This document shows, piece after piece, positions 39,101-48,869 of a stretch of DNA of 64,000 nt. The translations under genes were made by a program, and so were the position numbers. The notes under the pieces are model-generated. The model saw only the letters and a program-made list of their open reading frames with translations. It searched no databases and was not told the origin of the DNA. Source of the DNA: Eledone cirrhosa (lineage: Eukaryota); the NCBI GenBank assembly GCA_964016885.1, contig OZ024745.1, positions 42,966,001 to 43,030,000 of the forward strand, written 5' to 3'. Positions within the stretch are counted from its first letter, which is position 1, and the number at the start of each line of letters is the position of its first letter.

Positions 39101-42100
39101 TACTCGTGAGAATTTCAAAACCACACAATCTAAACATAAGGTGTTGATTAATTGCCTTAGCTTATAAATGGGATTTGGATTTTTGCCCATTTCTCAGACA
39201 AAAGAGGTGGGGGAGCTTATATTTGGATCGGCTCGTATTCGAGTATATATAGTAATTCTGAAAATGACCACAGCAGGCTGATATTTAGAACATTACTTAA
39301 GACATATTTCTAAAATAACATTATGAAAGGTTTCAGGTTGATTGGTACCAAAAGGATTGTGTACTGCTGTACCATTCCACTAGTTTCAGAAATATTTCAC
39401 CCAATATTAACTAAAAAGTTAACAGATAAAAACAAGGACAATGTTCTCTACATAGATGAAGGCACAGCTATGTGGTTTGGTAATTTGCTTCAACAACCAT
39501 GTGGTTTTGGGGGTTGATTTACTTCATGGCACCTAGAGCAAATGTCTATAGCCTTGAGTTGACTAAGTAGTAGCTTGTGGAAGTTGGTAGATGGAGTGTG
39601 TACAAAAGTACATATATCATCATTATTTTTTACGTCTGCTTTCCATGATGAATCATTTAATGAGCCTAAAATCCCAATCAGTTCTAAGAATGTTATAGTC
39701 TTCACAGCATTCTTGGCAAGCTACTACTTCTACTTCATCTTTTTCTTCAAACCCAGCTTCCTCACCTGTTCTTTAATTTCATCTCTCTACTGCTTCATCT
39801 TCTTTCTCTTGTCAATCAGCAGCCACCATTTTGATTTTATCCAGCTTTCCCAACTCATTCCTCTCCTCCTCCATATTTTCCTCTACACACACACCCTCTC
39901 TCTCTCTGATTGCATTCCCCACTTCGTAGACCACTAAACTTATGTTTCAACATCAGTTAGAACTGGGCTTGGATATATATTATCATTCTTCAGCTTACCT
40001 TTTGCATATGGCGTCATAGGTTTTGTAACAAGTGACGATCAGAGCTAATATCTGTACTTTGACAGGTTCACATGTTATCAAGCTCTGATCTCCATGTTCT
40101 ATTTATGTGTGCAATTGGTTTCATTCTTCATGTTTCCATCTATCAACTACTAAGTTTTCTTATGTGCCTGTTTGTGCACAAAGCAGCTGTTTTTAATATG
40201 CACATAGTAATAACTAAGTTTTTATTTATTATATTGGACAATGTTGAAAAAAAAATTGTAGGAAAAGAATATAGTTAACTGAATTGATCCTACTACATAT
40301 TTGGTACTAATTTTATCAACCTCATAGGGTGCAAGACAAAAGAAGCTCAAAAAGAGAACAAAAATAATTACTGCAAGGATTGTTTCTGTCACTCAGTTGT
40401 CATAACAATAGTGAACACTGGCTAAATCAACATCATCATCATGGTCTCTTAACCCTCTTCAGGGTTGTTGGGACACTGTAATGTTGAATGTTGCACTAAC
40501 TACTTCCATCTCTGACAGTCATGGAAACAAAATCTAAAAAATTGAGGAGTTCAATCAAGTACTTGAGTGGCTACACCAACACTTCTTTGATGTTTCAACC
40601 TGAATCAGTCATGCCTGCAAAGCTATCCAGTCTCTTCATAAAGTCTAGACAGCACCAATCAACCACTCCACTAAAATGAGAGTATTTGAGGCCACTGTAG
40701 AATCAATCCTCCTTTATGTCTCAGAGTCACAGCCCCTGGCATCTGCATTCACACAGAAGTTGGATGGTAACTAAACCTGTCTCTTGTGTACTTCCCTAAA
40801 TATCTCTTGGCAGTCACACACAACTAATAAGATCTTATATGGCCATCTTTTAAAGATTTCAACTGTCATAAGAAAGCGACGTTTAGCGCTTGCTGGACAT
40901 GTAATGAGACACAGTTAAGCTGCTGTGAGAGTTATGTCATGGTCCCCTGATGTTACTCGTAGATGTGGAACTTGACCCTCAAGGAAAACATTGAAGATGA
41001 CATAGCAGTGTCTTGATGAATGCGATGCAAGACCATGATACATGGAGGAACCTCATAGTTTGACCAATTGGAGCTGAATGACACTAATAATATGATCATG
41101 AATATCAAATACCTCCAATTTTTTTACTATTTGAATATCATAAGCAGTGTCTTTCATTCAAAATATGTTAAAAGAATTAGCTAGGAAATGAAAGCAATAG
41201 CTCCAAGTCTAATATTAATTTAATCTCATTTTTGGCAAACACAATAGCAATGCCAAACAGGTTTTGATTTTATTAGGGCTCAATAAAGCACAGCCTTTAG
41301 CAGTACTTACCAGATTTAGTGATAGAAAAGACCACTACATAGATATAGAAAATGTACAGATGTTGCTATTACAATTTAATTCTTCCATTACCACATTTCT
41401 AATGAAAGACCCTGCTTATAGTTATTATTATAAATAATTTTGAAAATATATTTAGTAAAATAACTTTCTCACTATTAAGCTTGTGCTTGGAACATAACTT
41501 AAAGGGTTTTACATAAACTTCTGAAGCAAGGTTTTTAGATAAATATAAACACTTTAAAAGAACTCAGGGTGGTTTCAAGTAGTTTGGGTTAATAGGATAA
41601 TTACCTGAAGATGCCATAACAGACTCACCAGTGTAATTTTATAGGAAAAACATTTATTAACCAAATCCTTTAACTTTAAACTAGTTTATTGTTTGAAGTA
41701 TACTTCAACTCATGAGTTCTCAGATCTGCTCCTACAAATGATTGATTACACTTTCGTCAACTGAAATTATGGCTTACATGACTTCCTTGTAAAGAACACA
41801 TCTTGCTCAGAACATTGACCGCCTGGAAACTGTTCAGAGACGTGCAACCAAGCGAATACCCTCCATCAGGCATCTACCATACTCTGAACGCTTCTCCGGG
41901 CATGGATACATTGAAGCTCCGACGCCTGGCAACTGACTTGGTAAACACCCACAAAATTATTAACCATCTTGCCAACAACAACCCTGAGTACCTTTTTGAT
42001 TTCCATGTGTCTAACACATGTAGGCATGCCCGCAAAGTCAGAAAACAGCACAGCTCCCATGACTTTCGGAAACATTTTTTCACGCTCAGAGTTGCTGAAG

Positions 42101-43435
42101 CATGGAACAAACTACCTGCATCAGTTGTTAGCTGTTGAGACACTGCATCCTTTAAAACCTCCATGCTTCCCGAGATACGCCAACACTACATCTAATGTTC
42201 CCCCTCCATACACACATGTATATCACGACTATTCACTTCCCTGACATTTGTATATTATTCTATGTACTATACATGCACCTTTGACGAGTTGTAGTGCACC
42301 TGAGCACTTTACACAATAATTTCATTATTATTATTTTTAAAACCACCACCATAACTACCATCTTAATTCTGTTCTTTCTCATTGACAACCACTGTGTTGT
42401 CCATAGAGATAATACAATTTCACAAGAGATTTAATGTCGCACACAAGTAGTCTCCTCCTTGAAAACTTTGTTGTCTCTGATATCGGGAAATCTTGACGTC
42501 TGGCAAAACTTCTTAAATTTCCCAAATATGAGCTTCTATTTGTATTTTTGATGGTTTCAAGTCATGTACCCCTATGACCCACATTCTATTAATTTGCATG
42601 TGCCTCAGAGTTTGGTTATATTTACTATATTCTGCACATTAACCCTTTCATTACTATATTTCTAACAAGGCACCACATTTCATTTCAAAAATAAAAATTT
42701 GGAGAGATTTCGTAATACTAAACTTTTTTCTTTATTAAACTGGTGTTTGGAACATAGAGGTTCGATGGAAAACAACATGTTCACTGTTACTACTAGAAAA
42801 CACTTCACTCCTCTTTAACCGTTCACATGGACACGTCATAGGAAATTTACATTTTCTAAGAGACCTTCAAAACGAATCTCAATAAAGATAATAACCTAAC
42901 TTCCTTCAACGGGGCTAAGGCACATTCACGATAAAATTCATGATGTTGTGACAAATTCTAAACTTTTTTATGGTTTTCATGGTGACGATACAGCTTGAAG
43001 GATATCAAAACAGTACGTTAAAGGCTAGGTTTCCTCTTTGGAGTTAAGGTTTACAACGCTGATCACTTGCCAACACTATACGGCACAAGAGTGACCCATG
43101 GGCTGCCAAACATTCTCGAGACATACAAATGATTCACTAGTGCACTTCAATCACAGCTCATGGACCCACAATTTGTTCAACCCCAACACATATGCACCCA
43201 TACGCGTACTACATCTACTCATCTCTCCTATTGTAAATCCACCTGAGTGTCTGCACAATCTATGATTTTCAAAGAAAATACGACTATCTGGAATTCCTTC
43301 CCGGTTTTGAAATGGTCATGTATGCAGTGTAAATGGTATTCCATTACATGGGGGGGGGGGGGGGAGACTGTACGTTACATATCGACATCCATAGGTAACA
43401 TGTCTGTCTAGTGGGAAGTATATATGTATGGATGC

Positions 43436-43475
<40 letters not shown>

Positions 43476-45057
43476 TTCCCGAAATACGCCAAAACTACAC
43501 CTGATGTACCCCTTCCATACACATGCACACATGTGTATATCATGACTCATGCACTGTTCATTTTCCTGACGTTTGTACATTACCCTATGTACTATACATA
43601 CACTTGTTGATGAGTTGTAGTGCACCTGAGCACTGTACACAATATTTCATTATTATTATTATATATATATATATATATCCAGTACACTCTGTAAAGTGGT
43701 TGACGTTACGATGTGCATCTAGCCGTAGCGATAAGTCCATCCCATGTCAGCGTGGAAAGTAGACGTAAAGGGATGGTGATGAATATATAAATAGTGTTCT
43801 AAACTTTAATTCTATGCAAGAATCGTAGAATAATCGATCGATCGACTTCTGTAAATTGTAGAAAACATCAAAAGTTTCACTCAGACTATTTGAAAAAATA
43901 TCGTTGTTTGTTTGTTTTTTTACCTGGCGTTTATATCACCACTACCACCCGCACTTTATACTTTAAATACATACCGAGTGACAAATTGTGGTTAAATTTG
44001 AGTGATTCGTAGATCTGACATCATAAAAATTAACCAGTGTATTTGTAATTAAAATGAAATCGTTAGTAAACGCCGTTTTTAATATTTAAACAAAATTCCC
44101 TTTACTTCACAGGAACCAGTAGCATATTACTTTTTTTTTAAGAAACTCTTTTTAATATAATAAAAAAATAAACATTACATGTATAACTAATTGTCAGTAA
44201 ACATGAAAATACAAAGTCTCAAATTTAATTTTTCACACTTTTTAAAAACCAGGTGTTCTCAGGTCTTTCCAGTATAATTGTTGACAGATTAAAAATCTTG
44301 ACACGTCCGTGAGAATAGTTTCTAATATATTCTAGAAACGTAAATTTCTAGTTACAGGCTTTTATTAAAGAAATCGTAAAGTCAAATGATAGAAAACTAA
44401 ATATATAATCCTTTCTATTCGTTGATATTGATGAATAATATATAAATTGATTGATAATAATAATGTAAACAAGCAATTTTAATTTAAATCAAGTGTTTCG
44501 TAGTGTATCACAAGTAAACAAAAATAATTTCATATAGTTTCACTAAAATAATAAGTATAATTTTCAACAAGGAATCACCTTATAGGAAGTAAAAAAGCTA
44601 TTTATTTGAGCGTAAATTCAACATATTGTTTCAGTAAAATTAAAAAGCGTGTCAAGACGGAAACGGAATTAATGCTCAGCAGAAATTATAATAAAATGTT
44701 TTGCGTAACATATCTTTTTTTTCTTTTTTTCTTTAAGACTAATAGAAATATTCAATATAAAATAAAATTCATAAAAAAGAAACGCAGGTAAAAATAAAAC
44801 AAAGCATATATTTGATGTAAGAAAATGAATGATGATGAAACATGTAAACTGACACGTATGTATCGAAGGAGTGCTATTTAAACAGTATTGTTTGAAGAAA
44901 AAATATTGTAAAATACATATTGAGTAAACTTACCTTTCTTTGAACTACGAGGCCAAAGATAACAGGTCGCTGGAAAAAGAACTAAAAACCAAAAAGAAAG
45001 TAAAAAGTAATAAAATGTTCCTCCCTGTTCGTCATACTCAAAATGCATACCCGCCAT
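11645..45057 (-). CDS. SEC63: Translocation protein SEC63 homolog (ER translocon J-domain protein), 19 coding exons, 780 aa
   Basis: Manually spliced exons: 44934-45057, 38222-38327, 37077-37191, 35731-35846, 35074-35135, 34412-34470, 32876-32926, 32256-32364, 30804-30898, 28776-28911, 27179-27271, 26100-26245, 24561-24708, 22673-22854, 21826-22059, 19504-19728, 19223-19321, 18029-18133, 11645-11782. All have GT-AG boundaries and compatible phases, totalling 2343 nt. The protein has the MAGMHFEYDEQGGTFYYF start, three TM segments, a J-domain (YHPD), NWEEYGNPDGP, a Sec63 domain (LLQLP, WWLYIAD, LRSDSY) and an acidic tail. Confidence 0.96.
11905..15788 (-). mobile_element. Near full-length RTE-clade LINE in SEC63 intron 18 (same strand as the host)
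   Basis: ~450 nt 5' region, APE endonuclease (VQET, AYAPQ, GDFNGH, LDF), RT (GVHQGSVLSP, YADD), RRLRWYGHV and GRPK C-terminal motifs, 3'UTR, (TGA)n tail. Confidence 0.93.
12218..15337 (-). pseudogene. RTE ORF (APE + RT + PHD-like finger), 1039 codons interrupted by a single TAG at 14237-14239
   Basis: ORFs 14237-15337 and 12218-13843 are in the same frame. The 131 codons between them, translated by hand, contain no stop (AWKEWKNGGSR...KAIRD). Confidence 0.9.
16122..16735 (-). mobile_element. RTE 3' fragment, related subfamily (another copy at ~56590-56850)
   Basis: MRMKDDSCIKKC...GVGRPRKTWD, a shared 3'UTR module and a tga tail. Confidence 0.8.
18029..18133 (-). CDS. SEC63: SEC63 exon 18
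   Basis: IEVKFSAPRKPGIYHYSVYLRSDSYLDSDQVHGLR. Confidence 0.95.
19223..19321 (-). CDS. SEC63: SEC63 exon 17
   Basis: EKQECWWLYIADRKQKMLISAPVYISSLKYEEK. Confidence 0.95.
19504..19728 (-). CDS. SEC63: SEC63 exon 16 (acidic region)
   Basis: VAETENGKGES...DDDEDWSKYQADIKKETILETKSKESHPVHCPYFPL. Confidence 0.94.
20558..20893 (+). mobile_element. 5'-truncated copy (3' end) of the same RTE family, inverted relative to 11905-12250
   Basis: Near-identical reverse complement of 11905-12250, ending ggacgtaaaacggtgatgatgatg. Confidence 0.9.
21826..22059 (-). CDS. SEC63: SEC63 exon 15 (Lys-rich segment plus poly-Ala)
   Basis: VTESPQRRPLRPWEKKKKKNNKKSGKK...SI(A)15ECKEDKK...SSE; 78 codons, phase 0-0. Confidence 0.88.
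22320..22530. repeat. Imperfect ~45-bp tandem repeat (about 5 units) related to the RTE 3'UTR module
   Basis: Units like cccactctgtaaagtggtagtgctggtgtcataataaaatgc. Confidence 0.75.
22673..22854 (-). CDS. SEC63: SEC63 exon 14
   Basis: VIDDDDSTITAGSIVTVTVNLKRENMGEHF...DETENR. Confidence 0.9.
24561..24708 (-). CDS. SEC63: SEC63 exon 13
   Basis: RNIRSVKDFLLMKDDDRRFILRNLSEEEYKNLLEVAASMPYITFEVKSE. Confidence 0.94.
26100..26245 (-). CDS. SEC63: SEC63 exon 12
   Basis: FSMPTLDTLENIMKLSQLLTQALQEKSPALLQLPYITQDMLKYFVCRK. Confidence 0.94.
27077..27131. repeat. (CA)n(TA)n microsatellite (others at ~23668, 24800, 43438)
   Basis: Seen directly in the sequence. Confidence 0.95.
27179..27271 (-). CDS. SEC63: SEC63 exon 11
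   Basis: DKQYILGKCPSLINEMVNVVPQLVGGAVHGK. Confidence 0.92.
28776..28911 (-). CDS. SEC63: SEC63 exon 10
   Basis: LMRELSNLGENNKERPLCFPYSIKARVLLFAHMARKCLPPDSLEI. Confidence 0.94.
30804..30898 (-). CDS. SEC63: SEC63 exon 9
   Basis: RVVMILASSWEYDRLHNAEIVERPSDNEELPA. Confidence 0.93.
32256..32364 (-). CDS. SEC63: SEC63 exon 8
   Basis: GVWWYRSIKFSADQVLLDTTHLYLYFFNKSPSMHLK. Confidence 0.94.
32876..32926 (-). CDS. SEC63: SEC63 exon 7 (TM3)
   Basis: VLAVYGLVFMILLPFIV. Confidence 0.93.
34003..34217. mobile_element. piggyBac-like MITE (TTAA-CCC...GGG-TTAA); copies at 37742-37960, 57722-57927 and, split by the RTE, 11842-15922
   Basis: TTAA TSD, CCCTTTAGCATT TIRs, shared internal aatctatgagattttgat. 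Confidence 0.8.
34412..34470 (-). CDS. SEC63: SEC63 exon 6
   Basis: VTRFGIALPKWIVERENSVW. Confidence 0.94.
35074..35135 (-). CDS. SEC63: SEC63 exon 5
   Basis: LTDEESRKNWEEYGNPDGPG. Confidence 0.95.
35731..35846 (-). CDS. SEC63: SEC63 exon 4 (J-domain HPD)
   Basis: SANTADIKKAFRKLSLIYHPDRGSGDSKKFMRIAKAYA. Confidence 0.95.
37077..37191 (-). CDS. SEC63: SEC63 exon 3 (TM2, start of J-domain)
   Basis: NVGLALGWIIFFLLLYKVSMSQMDYVEYDPFTELDVDR; AG/GTGAGT. Confidence 0.95.
38222..38327 (-). CDS. SEC63: SEC63 exon 2
   Basis: DNASDSQKQCMCPPCRDKQRLLKINEPWTKAKQKG; ttttcacttgtag acceptor, GTAAGT donor; phase 1 to 2 fits exons 1 and 3. Confidence 0.88.
38608..38799 (+). mobile_element. tRNA-derived SINE family A, full length
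   Basis: A-box-like TGGCAGTATCGG, B-box GAGTTCAAATC, core gactttgcctttcatccttacggggtcgataa, (att) tail. Copies at ~882-1008, 2870-3000, 5315-5490, 23805-23990 and 45430-45525. Confidence 0.85.
40600..41060 (+). mobile_element. Decayed LINE RT C-terminus, a different RTE-like family (related relics at ~45780-46160 and 51300-51810)
   Basis: TVESILLY...LNISWQSH..N..LYG...IRKRRLALAGHV. Confidence 0.65.
41770..42335 (+). mobile_element. CR1/L2-like LINE 3' fragment (tail copies at ~43470-43660 and 32620-32700)
   Basis: VQRRATKRIP...TLKLRRLATDL...RKHFFTLRVAEAWNKLP and an (att)n tail. Confidence 0.8.
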
Positions 45058-45800
45058 CTTGTATGGAGGGCACTTTAACTCCGTAGTTTTCTCCTATTCA
45101 GGACTTTAGCTTCGTCCGCAGTTAATACTTCTCTCCTCCTCTCTCTGTCTATTTAACTCTATTTTCCTTTCTCTCTTTTCTCGTTTAAATATTTAGGTTC
45201 CAACAATTGACTAAAGAATAACAGCTGATTCCAAGCAGCTATAATATTTCTGATATGAGTAAATTTCTGTTTCGATACAGAAGTAATACTTGCTGGGCGT
45301 GACTTTTAAATTATCTTCAAACAACAGATAAGTTAGTGTTAACATTTTTAATGCATGGAGAATTAAAAGGTAAACTAGAAATATATACATGGTGATGAAA
45401 AGCAACATTACTAAAGGATTAATATTATTTTGACTTTGCCTTTCATCCTTACGGGGTCGATAAAATAAAGTACCAGTAATGCACTGAGTAATTGCTGGCC
45501 TTGTGCCTAAAGTAGAAACAATTATTTTCATTTTTCCCTTTTTTAGGGGAAATAACTCCGGACATGTTCTAGTAATATTCTGGCCTCATCAATGAGTACT
45601 GTAGTTTATGAAATTAATGCGCTGTCAGAGAAGGGATACTGAATTACTAAGATGTTACATTTGTTGGCACACGAAAATAGAAATGCTTAAAAGTCAGATA
45701 ATTCATTTAATTGTTTATAGCTAGCTTTTTAACGTTCCAACATTAAATTCATCATCATCATCGTGGCGTTGCTGGTTGCGCAGATTGTCATGAATCTCCC
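42400..45800 (-). promoter_or_regulatory. CpG-retaining region around the SEC63 promoter and first exon
   Basis: CG dinucleotides are visibly more frequent here than in the CpG-depleted gene bodies; the region spans exon 1. Boundaries are approximate. Confidence 0.55.
44934..45057 (-). CDS. SEC63: SEC63 exon 1 (start codon, TM1)
   Basis: MAGMHFEYDEQGGTFYYFLLSFWFLVLFPATCYLWPRSSKK; donor G|GTAAG. Confidence 0.95.
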
Positions 45801-46159
45801 TCTGCATTCGTTTCAGACATCCATTTGCTCATGGTAGGTCCTCCAGATTGCATCCTCACATAACTGTTTGATATAGATTCTGTGAGGTCTGCCCATAATG
45901 GAATGCCCATAAAGACACATCACTAACACTTTCAATCTTTGCTCTTCAACACTGTCCTGCAAATCTGGTTTGTCCCTCTCGGATGGTATGAGAGATTGCA
46001 GATAGATGACCACAAAGTTGCTTTTTTTTATAGGGTGCTGCTTCCAGGATATGTTTAAAGCCACACTGAACATTCTTTTGTATGTTCCATGAAGTTTCTT
46101 CTCAAGTCACTTAGTAAATGTCCATATAGTATGCACATAAAGCATGACTGACTTCATTG

Positions 46160-48258
46160 TCAGATTTTGATCTACAAGATACCCTCTATATACCAAATTT
46201 ACAGAAATATAATGTAGCATGCAGTACATCAAGCATTCCCATTTGTCTTTTAAGAATGCCTTTGTTCTTTTTGAGAAGACCTTTTATGGGAGAGCTTTAA
46301 ATGTAGATATAACATATTAGATCCTGTCTGTTTTTAGAACACATTGATTTAAATGCGTGTTTCAGATGTTATTGTGACTTGTATTAAATTGGTAATTTAA
46401 TGCTGTGGACTGCTTTTTTTCTGCACTTCAATTTGCATGGCTTGTGTATGTCACAACGACCCAGATCACTTTTGTTACATTTGTGGGGAATATGCATTCA
46501 AGCACTGTAGGAGAAACATGCAACATTCATACAATCAAGATAGAAGGATTACTTCAAAATGAAACTTGGAGACCAAGATAAATGTTTTGCTCCACATATT
46601 GTATGCAAAGGTTTCAGTGATCGGTTTTCCATGTTGTCCAGTGGCAAGCTGAAGCAAATTCTATTTACCACTCCAATGACTTAGAGGGAACAAAGCAACC
46701 ATTCTACTGATTGCTACTTTTGCATTACTAATGTTGAGGGGTTCAATAAGAAAACTGCCAAGTATATCAAGAATCCTAATTTTCCATCTGCCATAAGACC
46801 ACAGCCATATGAAGATGAAAATCCTCCTGTGTCAAGCAATCAACCATTGAGTGTGTCAGGTGATGATTCCAATGACGAAACTGGATGTGAAGTCCAAATA
46901 AATGGATGACAAGGATTTTCAAATTCCTCATTCATGCCCTAAGTAAGTCTAGAACAATTGGATCATTTTGTTTGAAAGTTGGGACTTTCTAAGAATGATG
47001 CTTACCTGGCTAGAACAATGCTCAGGGAATTTTATGCTTTAGCCCAAGGAACAAAAACAACAGTGAACTGGTACTGAGAGGAATTTGTTGAATTGTTTGA
47101 CACATGATGAGCTGGGTTTTGTTTATTGCAAGAACATTACTGGTTTGATGATGGCACTAGGAATTTACTATGATGTCAAGACAGATTGGTGATTATTCAT
47201 TTGGTGATTAAAGGCAGTAATTTTGCACATTGAGAGTACCGAGGGATTCCAGTGAATTATTCAAGGAAGGCAAAAGAGCCATACAACACTATCAAGATGT
47301 GACTTTCCTTGATCAGGTATGATGATGTCAATTGGGAAACTGGAGGTGACTTCAAGATCATAGATTCTTTAACTGGAATGCAAAAGGGCTACACAAAAAG
47401 TTGCTGCTTCTTGTGCCTATGGGAGAGCCAGGCTTGAAATGAGTACTTCAGTTAGCAGGATTGGCCAGTACATCATGAATAGATACCAGGGAATAAAAGC
47501 ATTCAATATTTACCACTAGTTTCACCTGAGTTAATTGTGTTACCACCACTACATATTAAACTTGAGGGGCAACCAATCAAGTTACCGAAAAATATCTTTC
47601 CTCGATTAAGAAAAGCAAAGATTAAAGAAAGTGTGTTTTTTGGACCAAACACTTACAATTTGATGAAGAATCAGATGTTCCGAGATTCATTGAATGAAGT
47701 TGAATAACAAACTTATGATGCTGTGTTAAAGACAGTTGAAATCTTTCCAGGAAAGAATCGAAGCCTGAATTACAAAGCAATCCTGGCAGACTTTCTGGAT
47801 TCATTTGATGCACAGTGTGTCAAAATGTCATTGGAAATTCACTTTTTAAAGAGTCACTTAGATTTCTTTCCATTGGATTTAGGCAATATCAGTGATCAGC
47901 ATGGTGAAAAGGTACCAAGGGTGAGTTGATCCCTGCATGGTGGTAGACTTTTGCTGGCTTCACTCTTCTTGAACTTCATGTTACTGATCTTGACAGTGAA
48001 ATGAATGCTGTAACTTTTTTATGGTAATTTTTTTAAAAGTGTATATTGATTTTAAAAATGATTAATTGTAGTTAAATTACATGTAATATTCACAAGATTA
48101 GACACTTTTTCTGTAAATGAAGTATATGAGGGATATCTTATAGATCAAAATGTAGATGTGATGGAGCAAAACAGATTTCATATTCATAAAGAGCACACTA
48201 AAATGAACTAATATCACTTAAAGTAGTGTTTGCTTAAAAAAATTAGTATCATTCAATG
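46160..48258 (+). mobile_element. Decayed DNA transposon with a Chapaev-3-like (CMC) transposase pseudogene
   Basis: Fragments CHNDPDHFCYICGEY, LGDQDKCFAPHIVC, NHSTDCYFC, PSAIRP, GMQKGYTKSCCFLCLW, LPPLHIKL, IHFLKSHLDFFP..LG.ISDQHGE with many stops; subterminal inverted match between 46161-46183 and 48130-48153. The superfamily name comes from recall. Confidence 0.75.
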
Positions 48259-48446
48259 TAATTAAAAATAAAATAAAACATTTTAGTTTAAAATCATTTT
48301 ATTATGCTTTAAGAATTTTCATTACATATATTTTACATCAAAGATTGTTGTACTGTTTAGAACTGGTGACATGGTTTGACTGTTGATTTTAGTATGAAGT
48401 AATATAATAAATAGAATTAATTCTGTGAAACCCCAATTCTTAATGA

Positions 48447-48869
48447 TTACATCTGACTATCAGTGTTTAGTGGGATTAATGCATTTACTTGTTCCAACAT
48501 ACGCTGATAATGGCAACCATCCCAGTAGACTTTACCACAGCTAATACAGCAGTAGAATAGTTTGTCCTTCTCCAATAATTTACTTGGGATATGTTCCAGC
48601 TGAATAGCCACACCATTTGATCGGTATAAGGCAGTATCCATGTCAATGAGTCCTTCATTTTCTATTACTGGATAGGATTCTAATTTACTTACAGGGTGTG
48701 CGACCATACCACTGAATAACATATCTGGATCAGGAATACATTCAACTGCATCAAAGCCATTGGGATTTGAAATCCAGGATTCTTTTTTTCTTGATGAACT
48801 AGGCTTCACCTCTTTTAACATACGCATCTTCTCAGATTCCACCAAGACAAAAGTCTTACAATTGCAAAT
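48447..48869 (-). CDS. EXD3: EXD3 terminal exon (zinc ribbon, stop)
   Basis: ICNCKTFVLVESEK...KLFYCCISCGKVYWDGCHYQRMLEQ...SQM*; AATAAA at 48298-48303. Confidence 0.9.
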   Translation of the reverse strand: MCNCKTFVLVESEKMRMLKEVKPSSSRKKESWISNPNGFDAVECIPDPDMLFSGMVAHPVSKLESYPVIENEGLIDMDTALYRSNGVAIQLEHIPSKLLEKDKLFYCCISCGKVYWDGCHYQRMLEQVNALIPLNTDSQM

